Shown here: positions 38,466 through 51,899 of the stretch, in pieces | Numbering within the stretch: the stretch's first letter is position 1 | Layout: each line of letters opens with the position of its first letter | From: Octopus sinensis | Lineage: Eukaryota | Length of the DNA: 64,000 bases | Assembly: GCF_006345805.1 (NCBI RefSeq) | Contig: NC_043014.1 | Coordinates: forward strand, 54,498,001 to 54,562,000 | Direction: 5' to 3' | The notes under the pieces: generated by a model | The model's database searches: none | The model's input: the letters and a program-made list of their open reading frames with translations, nothing else | Told to the model about the DNA's origin: nothing | Program-made: the position numbers and the translations under genes

Positions 38466-39268
38466 ATATATACATATATATATGTACATATATATATATA
38501 TATATATATACATATATAATATACATATATATAATATAATATACATATATATATGTATATATATATATATATATACACACACAAATTTTCTCAAATGTCT
38601 AAGAGGATCTTTAGAGGTGGTAAATAGTTTCTGTCACCTAAGTGGCCTAATTGGCAGTGACTTAATTAGCAGTGCCTGAATACATGCTAGGATCCTATAT
38701 ACATGTATTGCTGAGGGTGGAATTGCTGCTATGTCTACTGGTGGGTATCTAACATTGACAAGGCCAAGGAAGGTTGAAATCAGGTGATCTGGTATTTCCA
38801 GTGGTACCAATGGACAATTATCTCCTGCTAGCAATGTAGACAAGAGTGCCTGTAAGCTCTGGAAGCTGACATGAGAGGTTCTCTCTTGTTGAATATCACA
38901 GTATTCCATGTCCTAACACAACATCCACTTTTAAGTGGGGATAAATGAGGCCCCATCTTGCAATGTTTACTGCTTGTGTCACTGTTAGTTATTTTTCAAT
39001 ATTTTATATTTTTGTATTGCAGTGAAGCAGATATTGTAACCATAGGCGCAGGAGTGGCTGTGTGGTAAGTAGCTTGCTAACCAACCACATGGTTCCGGGT
39101 TCAGTCCCACTGTGTGGCACCTTGGGCAAGTGTCTTCTGCTATAGCCCCGGGCCGACCAATGCCTTGTGAGTAGATTTGGTAGACGGAAACTGAAAGAAG
39201 CCTGTCGTATATATGTATATATACATATATATATATATTATATTAAATTAGATTTATTCCCTAATATT

Positions 39269-39304
<36 letters not shown>

Positions 39305-39567
39305 ATGTGTGTGTGTTTGTGTGTGTGTGTTTGTCTCCCTAGCATTGCTTGACAACCGATGCTGGTGTGTTTACGTCATCGTCACTTAGCAGTTCGGCAA
39401 AACAGACCGATAGAATAAGTACTGGGCTTACAAAGAATAAGTCCCGGGGTCGATTTCCTTACTAACGGTGCTCCAGCATGGCCGCAGTCAAATGACTGAA
39501 ACAAGTAAAAGAGTAAAAGAGAGAGATAGCAATAACAGATGTTTTTTGTTTTATTTTTTCGTTTCAG

Positions 39568-39651
39568 GTTTAAGCAACCCCCTTGATATGATGTATCATA
39601 TTGAACCCTGGATGATCCTTAGCCTTTTACCATTGTCGGCTTCATTCGAAG
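39568..39651 (+). CDS. SLC35C2: SLC35C2 coding exon 6
   Basis: ttcAG|GT...GAAG|GTTTGT. Encodes GLSNPLDMMYHIEPWMILSLLPLSASFE, comparable to human GLQNPIDTMFHLQPLM. Phase 1 to 1. Confidence 0.95.
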
Positions 39652-41824
39652 GTTTGTTCTGATCTCCTCCTCCCTACCTCTACTCCCCCCAACACACACA
39701 CACACACAATCATCATCATCATCATCTATTTCTTTACTACCCACAAGGGGCTAAACACAGAGGGGACAAACAAGGACAGACAAAGGGATTAAGTTGATTA
39801 CATCGACCCCAGTGCGTAACTGGTACTTAATTTATCGAACCCAAAAGGATGAACGGCAAAGTCGACCTCATCGGAATTTGAACTCAGAACGTAGCGGCAG
39901 ACGAAATACCTGTTTCTTTACTACCCACAAGGGGCTAAACACAGAGGGGACAAACAAGGACAAACAAAGGGATTAAGTCGATTATATCGACAGGTACTTA
40001 ATTTATCGACCCCCGAAAGGATGAAAGGCAAAGTTGACCTCAGCGGAGTTTGAACTCAGAACATAACGGCAGATGAAATACCGCTAAGCATTTCGCCCGG
40101 CGTGCTAACGGTTCTGCCAGCTTGCCACCTTGTCATCATCATCATCATCATCATCATCATATATATATACAGACAGACAGATGTATGTGTTTATGTGATT
40201 CCATACTTCCTTCACACAATATTTACTGACTGTAAACAACGGCCTTTGCTGATGCTACAGGTGTAGTTAGCTTGCAGTCCACCATGAAAACATGCCCGGG
40301 CTTCTTGGCATGTTGCAGGATCTTCATAAACCAAACTTACATTCAAATGGTGCCATTTATTTCCAAATCTCCATGCAACCATATCCAGGCTCCTGATTAT
40401 TAACCTCACTCGGAAACAGGTGGGGGTTGGCACAAGAAAGGGGCATCTGGCCATAGAAGACTCTGCCCCAACATAGTCTTGTCCGAGTCATGCTGGCATG
40501 GACAAAAGTAGACATTGGAATGATGGTGGTGGTGGTGGTGGTGTGGTGGTGGTGGTGGTGGTGGTGCTGATGATGATGACTATCCAATGTTTTACTTTCA
40601 GAATGTAGCAGTATGATTTGAGAGATATTTTGCTGCTATTTCTAGCCTTCTAGCCGTGACACTCTCACCTGTTCGTTGACCAGGTACCACATGAATCAAT
40701 GTATCAATGTTTGTTTAAGACATTAGGGTGTAATTTGAGGCAGATCAAATCTTTCTGGCAGCACAACTAACTGCACAGGGGTCACCCACTGTTTGTCAAA
40801 GAGGAGGAACTATAAAAGTATATAAATCATTTTGAAACCCTTTAAACTAGTGGACCTTAACTATTTTTTTACCTTTGGATTCTTATTTTACACTACTGGA
40901 CCCTCAATAACCATTTGAAGTTTTAAAGAAATCCCATAATATTTTTATGATTTGTTACTGAATTTATTTTGAGATGGTCTGTGTTTCTTTCAATTACTTT
41001 AAATATAACAAAGAATTTAGTAAAATAACTTAGTTATCATTAAGCTAGTGTTAGGAATGTAAATTGTGACTAAGGTTTGGTGGAAGATTTTAATTCAGAA
41101 CTTATGAAAACAAGACATTTGTACTAAGAGCCAGAGGTGGTTTCAGTCAGGTTGGTATCAAAAGGGTTAATTTGCAGATTTTGTTTCACATACTTGTTTG
41201 ACTTGTTAGAAATAGCAGTCAAATCTTGTACAAATTGAAGACACATTTGACTGACTGTCTTTAACCCTTTCGTTACTGTATTTCTATTGAGATGCTCTGT
41301 GTTTTATTCGATTGATTTTAAATATAACAAAGAATTTAGTAAAATAACTTCGTTATCATTCAGCTAGTGTTAGCAACATAAATTGTGACTAAGGTTTGGT
41401 GGAAGATTTTAATTCAGAACTTATGAAAACAAGATATTTGTACTACAGAGCCAAAGCTGGTTTCAGCTGGGTTGGTAACGAAAGGGTTAAATATTACTAG
41501 GAATTGTATAAAAACAATTTATTACAATATTTTGAATATTGTAGAAATGTAACCAAATTATTGCACATTATTTTTAACAACTAAATCTTATACAGGTCCT
41601 GGTTATATGAGCCACAGCTTTAAAAATAGAATAATATTTTATATAATATAATAATAATAATAATAATATATAATATATAATAATATAATAATAATAATAT
41701 AATATAATATAATAATATATATAATATAATATATATAATGATAATAATAATAATAATATAATAATAATAATAATATTTTATCTTTTTTACTTGTGGGTTG
41801 ATGTATTTAAAAAAAATTTTGTAG

Positions 41825-42000
41825 GTTTGCGAATTGTCAGCACAAAGCAGTTTTTCCGATATGAACATATATCTGTGGCCTTGAAGAACTGTGGTTGGGC
41901 ATTAATTGGTGCCATACTCGCCTTCTTTATGGAAATAGCTGAATTTCTCCTGATTAGTAACACTTCTAGTCTTACTCTTTCCATTGCAGGAATTTTCAAG
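41825..42000 (+). CDS. SLC35C2: SLC35C2 coding exon 7
   Basis: tgtAG|GT...AAG|GTAAAC. Encodes GLRIVSTKQFFRYEH...GAILAFFMEIAEFLLISNTSSLTLSIAGIFK; TSSLTLSIAGIFK is the SLC35C2 signature. Phase 1 to 0. Confidence 0.97.
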
Positions 42001-43337
42001 GTAAACTCTTTGAAATTTTAAAAACCTTTTGTTGTCTTATTTCTGTTGAAATATTCTGCTTTTGTTTCGGTCAGTTTTGAAGACAATAAAGAATTTAGGG
42101 AAATAATTTTGTCTTTATTGAGTTGCTGGCATGGATTGACTGTTTGACCAGACTGGCAGGCTGGAAGGCTGCACCAGACTCCAGTCTGATTTGGCATGCT
42201 TTTCTACAGCTGGATGCCCTTCCTAACGCCAATCACTCTTAGAGTGTAATGGGTGCTTTTATGTGCCACCGGCATAGGTGCCATTTGTGTGACACCGGGG
42301 TTCTTTCATGTGCAACCAGGTGCTTTTATGTACCACTGGGGTACTTTTACATGCCACTAGCACAGGTACCAATTTGCATGACACTGGTATTTGCCACAAC
42401 TGCAATTTTGCTCAGCTTGAGAGGTCTTCTTCTTCTCAAGCACGACATAAAACCAAAGGACTCAGTCATTGCCTCATTGAGGACCAACATTTTCGAATGT
42501 TATTGGGTTCTCATCAGAGGTGTCTACATCATTCTGACAATCTCCAGAGAAACAAGCAGCCAAACTGTTTATATACTCAACAAATGCAGAAGTTACTCTA
42601 TGAAGGAGTCCCTAATTTGCATACCAAAAGTGTTGAACACTCTATAAATACCAGTGGACTGTCAACTGTGATCTTAGTCCACACAGTGTCAAGGTATGGT
42701 ATAATTATAAACAGGGCAAATATTTATATATAAAACTGAAGTTGTGTGAGAGTCTGTCTACTCCGATTTAGATTCCTAACTACTCCCACATTTTGCGGTG
42801 CAGTTTAACCAAAAGCGGGTATCTTATAGTCGTGATTCATATCGAGCCCTTCTGGGTATTAGCGCACGTCTACGATGAGTCTACGATTTAAGAAAAAATT
42901 TACCATCATTTTTCCGCATTTTTAATGCATTTTTCACTAAAAATGCTTATATAATTATTTCCCTTACAAACCCGAGCAACGCCGGGTGATACTGCTAGTT
43001 ATATATATTTATATATTTGAAGAAAGATTTTCTTAAAAATTTTTTAACTATTTAAAAAAAAATCTTAGAAAAACCGAATAACACAAATCTTTCGGAGGAA
43101 AGGTTTTGTATTGTATGTGTAAACGCTTTCATTAGTCAATGTTTCAAACACGTTATGGGATGATCCTCTCCAATGTTTTAATTTAGGTTTTTCTCTGTAA
43201 TTTTGTTTCAGTTTATAAATGATACAACAATCAATATGTTATTGATTAGTTTTTTTTTAATTAGTTTTGCTTCGTATTTTTCAAGCATAATTAATGAGTC
43301 AGTAGTTTCTAATTTGCTCTTCTGCCTCTCTTTGTAG

Positions 43338-43461
43338 GAAATAATTGTACTCTTTTTAGCTGCTGAAATCAACGGGGACCATATTTCCATTCTAAATGCT
43401 GTGGGATTTTTCATTTGTTTATGCGGAATGTGTTTCCATATATTTTTAAAGAATTATCGGA
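43338..43461 (+). CDS. SLC35C2: SLC35C2 coding exon 8
   Basis: tgtAG|GAA...CGGA|GTAAGT. Encodes EIIVLFLAAEINGDHISILNAVGFFICLCGMCFHIFLKNYR, comparable to human EVCTLLLAA...[22 protein letters not shown]. Phase 0 to 1. Confidence 0.95.
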
Positions 43462-46400
43462 GTAAGTATAGAATTTCATTTAGAAGACTCAAATGATTAA
43501 ACACAAAAAATAATTACCGAAAAAAGATCCAGATCCAAACAGAACTGGCAAGAACTATTTTCATATCATATTCCATTGTTTGTACATAAAATTTTATCTA
43601 TTTTTTTGGTGTGGAATAACTATATATTTTATATATTTTATATATTCTAACCATTTTGTTACCATATTTCTGTTGAAATTCACTATTTCTGTTTCAATTT
43701 TGAAACGAATAAAAAACTTAGTTAAAATAACATTTTATTATTGTTATTAAGCTGGTGTTTGGAATTTTGAAGCAAGATTTCCATTTAGGTCATATTAAAC
43801 CTAAAATTTGTATCATAAAGCCAGGGGTGATCTCAGGTGATATCAAAAAGAGTTAATCTCAAGGACCATTATTTTAATTGAAAAACATCAAATGTCTTAG
43901 AGTTACCATTCTCTCCTTTTATTTTAATGTTGTTTCTTGGTTAACATTTACCAAATTCCAACTGAAACACCTTGTGTGTGTTTCATCCAGGGGCAGGCAA
44001 AGCTTGTGGTCAAGGAAGTCACGATTATGTGATATGCAGTTGAATCCAACCATGACATACCTAGGACAGTGTTCTTTACCATTGTCTTGCGTTGACCAAA
44101 GTCTTGTGATTGGAATTTGTTTGCTGGAAACTATGTGGAAGCCTTTTGGAGGAACCATTCCCTTTTCTCAGATGATAAACTTAATCCATCAACTTTTTTA
44201 AGACCCCCCCCCCTGGTGTCGTTGTGTGCCTTTGGCTCAGTTCAGTCAACTACAAGTCTTCCTGTCAGCTTTCTGGTTTGGAGATAACTTTATCACTTCT
44301 TCCCACCAGCCTTGGACATCCTGGAAAGGGTCATAACCCCCACCATCATCACCCTTCCTCCTCTAAGTAATTAAAAAACATTTTTTAAAAAATAACTTTA
44401 GAAGAATTTTGAGAGATTTTGCAAAACAAATAACTGGTGTTTGGATTAAAAATGAGAATATTCTTAAAGTGATGGTTGAAGACGAATATTTTTCATGGCC
44501 TAAAGTAGAAAGGAATATTTACAAACCTTGAGGATCAGAATCAAAATCGATCAATGGAAATTGCGGATGTGTTACCAGTGCCGGTGGCATGTCGAAACTC
44601 TACTTGTGAAGACCCGTTGAGGCAAGTGAGGATCAGAATCGAAATCGATCAATGGAAACGATCAATGGAAATTGCAGATGTGTTACCAGTGCCGGTGGCA
44701 TGTAAGAGAACCTTCGTTTCGCGACCGTTGCCAGCCACCGCCCCGTTTCGTGTCCGTTGCCAGCCTCGCCTGGCCCTCGTGTCGGTGGCACCTAAAAAGC
44801 ACACATCCTCGTGGGCCGTTTGCCAGCTCTGTCTGCCACCAGTGCGGGTGGCATGTAAAAAGCACCCCACTACACTCACGGCAGTGGTTGGCGTTAGGAA
44901 GGGCATCCAGCCGTAGAAACACTGCCAGATTTGACTGGGCCTGATGAAGCCTTCTGGCTTCACAGACCCCAGTAGAACCATCCAACCCATGCTAGCATGG
45001 AAAACGGACGCTAAACGATGATGATGAGGTCTCCCATTAAAAATAAATTATTCCATATCTCTCAAAGTTTCTAAATTATTCTTCTTATTAATTTAATTCC
45101 TAACATTCTAACATTAGCAGTTTTGTATCTTGGGTCCCATACACAGTGGTTTGGGTGGGGCAGAGGTTAAAGGGAGTCGGTGTCAGACATAGAATTCATT
45201 CCACTTGGAATCCTTTTTGACATTCTGATAATTCCTAAAATTATCTGAGAAGGATTATAGATATAAATGTCATTTTTTCCCCACTTTTTTCATTATTTCC
45301 GGGTCCCACATCTCATTGCATCGCGGCAAGACCTTATTAAATCTTTCTCATGTTACTGTTTAACCCTAGGTCAACTGTGATCAGGCAGATTTATGATCAC
45401 AGACATTACAGGTATGACCATCCAGTCTTTTTTGGGAGTATGTCTAATGTTTCCTTTCCTTACTTAAGACGGAAGTGAGTAATTGGAGGAAGATTTGGTT
45501 GCTATGTTTAGCTCTTTAAGTGATGATGTAAGGGATCCTTCTTCCACCTGTTTCTCTTTACACCATTTATTTAGTGCAGTGGTTCTTAACCATTTCTTTA
45601 CCAATGGACCCCTTTCGGTTTCCATTTTACTCTCCTGGGCCCTCCATATCCATTCAGTGTTTGAAAGAATATTTTTGTAATTAAATATTATTATTATTAT
45701 TATTATTATTGTGGTGGTGGTGGTGGTGGTGAGCTGGCAGAAACGTTAGCACACCAGGCTTTATGTTCTGAGTTCAAATTCCACCGAGGTCAACTTTGCC
45801 TTTTATTCTTTCGGGGCCGATGAATTAAGTACCAGTTGCGCACTGGGGTTGATCAAATTGACTGCCCCCTCCCCAAAAATTTCGGGCTTTGTGCCTAGAG
45901 TAGAAAAGAATTTAGGATTTGTAGAAAAAAAATAGTTAAAATATTTTGTGTATTATAGAAATTTAACCAATTCATTGTACACAAATTTTAATGACAAAAT
46001 CTTGTATGCACCCCCCCCTCAAGGGTCATGTGGACCCTGGGGGAGAACTGTCCCTATATGAGGAGAAGGACTGATCACTGCAAAATTAATAAAAGATTCA
46101 TTAATTTTGTAGTGCTACTACTGCTTGTGTCAAGTGGTACCTACGTGCGGCTAGGTGAACTGGGCCTTTTAGTGTAAAGTGACACAAAGACAAACCCCAA
46201 ACCCCTTTTCTGGTTTTCTCTTTTCCTGGTTTCAATCCTTGGATGCCACCTGATGGTTTTGACTAATTCTTTATGTATATATAAGTATATTTATTATATT
46301 AATTTATATGTTCACTATATCCATATGAGGTAAATATTGAAGTCATGTATGTATGTATTAATTAATTAATTTATTTATTTTGATTATTTATTTATTTATC

Positions 46401-46984
46401 TATTTATTAAGAAAAAGAAGGTAATCAGAATTTTGGACAATTATTTCTTTACGAGCACTTTCATTCTGTTTCTTTCTGAGACTCATCCGATGAGTGTTAG
46501 AAATCATCATCATCGTTGTTCTACCGTGGTTGAGACAATGGAATTTACCATGCTACGCCAGACTTCACGGTCCATCATGGCATTACGGAGGTCCTGTTGC
46601 TGGATGCCTGTATCCCTGGAGATTACATCAGGGTAGGAGAGTGTGCGCCCTCTGGCATTGCGAGCAGATGGCTTCCAGAGGAGAAGAGCAGAAATGACAT
46701 CTTGTTAGAAATAATTATCCAAAATTCTGACTCCCTCCTTTTCCTTTCTATACAACATCTGTATAACACTTGGAACAATCTATACATTCACACACACACA
46801 CACACACAACATGCCAGCATAGAAAACAGACGTTAAAGGACGATGGTCATAATTACGATCCCACTATTTACTTCATATTCTGGAATTTTTCTTATTCAAT
46901 CTTTTACTCTGCCAATGTGTATATATAACATCACCATCATCATCATTATTTAACATCTGCTTTCCATGCTGGCATGGGTGATAT

Positions 46985-47203
46985 ATATATATTTTTATGA
47001 GCTACTTATAGTTTCATGTGATATGAAAACATCTCAGACAGCATTCTTTAACATATCTGGTACCTTCATGAGGTCCTCAGTATTAGCTTGTTATGCCATA
47101 TGGGCAGAGCCCGAGGATTGCACGGAGGCACCAGATATCTGAAAAATGCTGTCTGAGATGTTTTCATCGCATGAAACTATTAGTGGCTTATAAAAATGTA
47201 TAT
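46985..47203. repeat. Imperfect fold-back, arms of about 90 bp
   Basis: ATATTTTTATGAGCTACT..GTTTCATG..ATGAAAACATCTCAGACAGCATT pairs with AATGCTGTCTGAGATGTTTTCAT..CATGAAAC..AGTGGCTTATAAAAATGT. Confidence 0.7.
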
Positions 47204-47832
47204 TGTGTTTATCAATAATATTTATCTCTCACAAGATGGAGTACTTATTGATATCTTTTTTAAATTTCTAATTATATATACATATATATAATGGCATTGA
47301 GTAGTGAGAATGAGTGTTCAACATTGCACTTGGTGAATAAATATTATTTATTTACAATATTATTTATTTTGGCATTAGGAAGGGCATCCAGCCATAGAAA
47401 CACTGACAGATCTGCCTGGGCCTGATGAAGCCTTCCGGCTTCACAGACCCCAGTTGAACCATCCAACCCATGCTAGCATGGAAAACGGACGCTAAATGAT
47501 GATGATGATGATGATGAAGTTAAGAATGCTACCAATGGTTTCACGTGAAGAGAATTTACACAGTTTTTTTAGTGGGGATCACTTAAATATTCTGAAATTC
47601 CTTCTGCATAAAACTATTGGTAGCATCCTTAACCTCTAAAATAAAGTGTTATATGTGTGTTTGTGTGTGTGGAGGCACATGGTTTAGTGGTTAAGGTGTT
47701 AGACTCATGATCAAAAGATTGTGATTTTGGTTCCTGGACTGGGCCATGCGTTGTGTTCTTAAGCAAGACACTTCATTTCACATTGCCTATTTACATGGGA
47801 AATATATTTTTAAAAATAGTTTATGTGGTGAG

Positions 47833-47891
47833 CCTAGCTGATGAGTTTTGAGTGTCTTTCAGCACAGAAAGCGAAATCAATTGATGCTGGG
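47833..47891 (+). ncRNA. Type I hammerhead ribozyme-like motif, sense orientation in intron 8
   Basis: Reads CCUAG CUGAUGA GUUUU..GUG..CAC..AAAGC GAAA UCAAUUGA UG CUGGG, with palindromic stem III AUCAAUUGAU. Position 17 is G, which is not permissive for cleavage. Confidence 0.65.
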
Positions 47892-48145
47892 ATATCTTCT
47901 CACCTCTTTGTAGTTTTACAAATGGGGACCACTGTTTCGTTTTAGTATATTTGCAACATTTTCCGTGTGTGTTTATATATAGTGAGAGATGTGAGGCTTT
48001 GGAGAGTTTTAACTCTTCTTTCTAGCAAACAGGTGCATATTGTATCCTCACGTCTAATATATTATATATAGATATATATATATTACGGAGATGTACTCAC
48101 ATAGCAAGTAATTTGATCTGAGATCGTGTGCTGAAACGAAAACAA

Positions 48146-48414
48146 TGCAGCGTGGAAGGGTGTTTATAACCTTTAAGAAACACCAAAGCTGTTCGATTCA
48201 CTTCAACATTTAAGTTTAATTTGTCAAAATATTTTCGTCGCTATAAGACCGCGACCTGTTCACTGACAAAATCCGTGCTGCACGGACTTGTCAGTGAACA
48301 GGTCGCGGTCTTAAAGCGACGAAATATTTTGACAAATTAAACTTAAATGTTGAAGTGAATCGAACAGCTTTGTGTGTTTTTCTTAAATGGCTTATAAACA
48401 CCTTCCACGCTGCA
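48146..48414. mobile_element. Near-perfect palindrome of about 270 bp with a hammerhead-shaped variant on each arm
   Basis: The arms meet at TCCGTGC-T-GCACGGA. The + arm (48288-48335) reads UUGUCA GUGAACAG GUCGC-ggucuuaaa-GCGAC GAAA UAUUU UGACAA, with a mirror copy at 48221-48269. Confidence 0.75.
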
Positions 48415-48419
48415 ATTGT

Positions 48420-48670
48420 AATATATATATATATATATATTATATATATAATATATGTGTGTGTGTGTATGTGTATATATAGTTGTGTGTGTGTATTGTA
48501 TATATATGTGTGTGTGTGTATGTGTATATATATTTGTGTGTGTATGTGTATATATATGTGTGTGTGTGTATGTGTATATATATGTGTGTGTGTGTATGTG
48601 TATATATGTGTGTGTGTGTGTATGTGTATATATATGTATTATAATATTATATATTATATATATAATATAT

Positions 48671-48703
<33 letters not shown>

Positions 48704-48719
48704 CAATATATATATATAG

Positions 48720-48815
<96 letters not shown>

Positions 48816-48867
48816 ATATATATATATATATATACCTAATATAATATATAATATATACATATATATA

Positions 48868-48908
<41 letters not shown>

Positions 48909-48936
48909 ATATAATATCTATATATATATATATATA

Positions 48937-48979
<43 letters not shown>

Positions 48980-49101
48980 CATATATATAATATATATAAT
49001 ATATACATATATAATCTAATAGACATATATATTATATATATATACATATATATATATCTATATATACTATATATATATATATATATATCTACATACATAT
49101 T

Positions 49102-49132
<31 letters not shown>

Positions 49133-49176
49133 TATACATATATAATATCTATATATATAATATACATATATCTATA

Positions 49177-49225
<49 letters not shown>

Positions 49226-49520
49226 TATTATATATATATATTATATATTATATATATATATATATATATACATACATATATATGTATATATACATACATA
49301 TATATGTATATATACATACATATATATGTATATATACATACATATATATGTATATATACATACATATATATATATATACATACATATATATGTATATATA
49401 CATACATATATATATATATATACATACATATATATGTATATATACATACATATATATGTATATATACATACATATATATGTATATATACATACATATATA
49501 TATATATATGTATGTATGTA
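48420..49520. repeat. (TA)n/(TG)n/(TACA)n compound microsatellite
   Basis: Seen by direct inspection; includes repeated TATATACATACATATATATG-type units. Confidence 0.95.
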
Positions 49521-50234
49521 TTCTGATATAGATAAAAATATTTACTCTTTTAAAACTTGTTAAAAGTAAATTTTTTCATCTTTTTTTATATATATATCTT
49601 TTGAGAAAAAATATACAGATTTAAATGTACATCAATATACAGCATAGCTGAGCTGTGTATATACTATAAGTTTCTTATTAATATTATTATTATTGCTATT
49701 ATTATCATTAGCAGTATTTTCACCATAGCTCAAAGTCTCCATTGAGCAGCCATATCTCGACACCCAGGAACGGTGCCCCTGTCTCTCTCCTCATCAGCCA
49801 AACTCAAATCTTTCACTGACTTCTCTCTGTTAATTTTTTCCAGTTTCACAAATATTGATTTCAAACATAGGCATGTAGTCTATAGGATACGGTGTTAGAC
49901 TCGTGATCACAACGTCACAGGTTCCATTCCTGGATTAGGCACTACCTTGTGTCCTTAAGCAAGGCACACCATGAAGGCCCCATGACACAGTGGTTTAGGC
50001 TTGGACTCAATGTGATAAAGTTGTGGACTTGATTCTTGGACTGATTGCTGCATTGGGTCCTTGAGCAAGTTAGTTCACTTCATGTTGCTCCAGTCTACTC
50101 CCCTGTAAATGGGGGTCCCGGCTGAGTGTTGGTACTGCCCTCTCCTTCCAGATTTAATGTTCCTCTGCAACAAAAGGCAGGAGGTCTCAGAAAGTGTCTC
50201 TGTGGCTGCTTGCCAATACATTGGCACCTTAAAC

Positions 50235-50453
50235 CAGTGGTTTTCAACCAGGGTTTCGTGGAACCTTAGGGTTCCGCCGGTACAGTCTAGGGGTTCCGCA
50301 AGAAGTTACAAAACTGCTAAAATCGGCAGTAATTTTTAATTCTCCTGTGCAGATATGTGTGCATAAGACTATTAAATTATTGCACAGGGGTTCCCCGAGC
50401 CAGTGGAATGTTTCCTTGGGGTTCCGCTCCAGCAAAAAGGTTGAAAAGCCCTG
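50235..50453 (-). mobile_element. hAT MITE, same family as 17658-17858
   Basis: TIR CAGTGGTTTTCAACC / GGTTGAAAAGCCCTG, with the 8-bp TSD CCTTAAAC. Confidence 0.88.
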
Positions 50454-50779
50454 CCTTAAACATTTGGCATGCATGTTAACTCAGAGCTGTCACTCACAGA
50501 GTGAAGACGGCTATGGGTTCTAGTAGATGACATCAACCCCAGAAGACAACTGGTATTTATTTTAATCACCACCCCGCTCCCTTCCTCCAGAAAAGGGAAA
50601 AGTAAAGTTGACCTCTACAAGACTTCGTTTATGATTCTAAAGGCATGCAACTCGTTAGCACAAAAGTAATTTGTGTATCACTTGATTGACTTTTATCAAC
50701 TGCCTTGTAAATACTAACCCTGCTATTTCTGACATATACATTTTTTTCTTCTCTCTCTCTCTCTCCCTCTTCCTTACAG

Positions 50780-50821
50780 GATATGAGGACACAAACAAGG
50801 TTGAAGAACTAAACGAGGAAG
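50780..50821 (+). CDS. SLC35C2: Probable SLC35C2 coding exon 9 (acidic C-terminal tail), truncated by the assembly gap
   Basis: Strong polypyrimidine tract followed by tacAG. The phase-1 junction A|GA gives RYEDTNKVEELNEE..., which runs into Ns. No stop codon is visible. Confidence 0.72.
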
Positions 50822-50921
50822 NNNNNNNNNNNNNNNNNNNNNNNNNNNNNNNNNNNNNNNNNNNNNNNNNNNNNNNNNNNNNNNNNNNNNNNNNNNNNNN
50901 NNNNNNNNNNNNNNNNNNNNN
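50822..50921. other. Assembly gap (100 N)
   Basis: Run of exactly 100 N, a common placeholder for a gap of unknown size. Confidence 0.99.
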
Positions 50922-51899
50922 CGCATTCTGTAAAGCGTAGTTGCGGGTTTAAAGATTTAAAGAAGGGCGACAAACGAAGAACAAAATTTTAACAAATATG
51001 GTATTAGCTTAACTGTTGAATAGAAAAAGTTCTAATGTTTCTGTCATTAGTCCTTCATCAAGAGAAAAATGCAAGGAGCATAGCAAAGAGAAGGAAAGGT
51101 TCTGTTCCCAGTTCTCCGTTTCCACAACTATGAACCAACGAAAGTTGGATTATATAGCACGACCGCAAAATTCCATCAGTTTGTGACTTCATGTTTAGAG
51201 GAGTTTAAGGTTGTGAAAACTTGATGCCACAAAATGATATTGGATTCAGTGGGATCCCACTGCGCGTGGAGCTCAGCCTAGAAATGGAAAGAGGAAGGAA
51301 ATGGAGCATTTTTTTTAGGTCTCCATGTCGTTTTACCTTCCCAAATGACCGTCATCTCAACAATCAGATCTTTGTTCCACAAACCAAACAATTGCTTAAG
51401 AAGGGGCGCTGCCGTTGTGAATACGTGCAATTACCTCAAATGCATCTGTATCATACAAGTATTAGCTCAATGCAGGAGTCTAGACGTTGGATTTCCACTG
51501 TTTACATTCTTGGGTGATCCTTATTTTTCACCATCCTTAGGGATGATGAAATATTTGTCAAGTTCTTGGGAAATTAAAAGAATGAGCCACAAATCTAGAA
51601 GTCATTGACAATCGTCTCAAGCACAAGGTTGGCAATCTATGGTGCTTCCAACTGGACATGTAAAAGCAACCTGATAAACGTCGACCGCGCCTGCTCGGTT
51701 TCTTTATTAGCCACAAGGGCCCACACATAGAGGGGGAACAAACAAGGACAGACAGGCCTGCTCGCCCTCCAGGTGACGTTGCTGTCTCAGGGTAAGTCTG
51801 CGCATGCTCAGTCCCACAAACTCATGGAATATAGATAAAATATGGAGCGCCTGACTAGTGGAACGCATCCCTTCCGCATGAGAAGCGTCTGGAGCCCAG

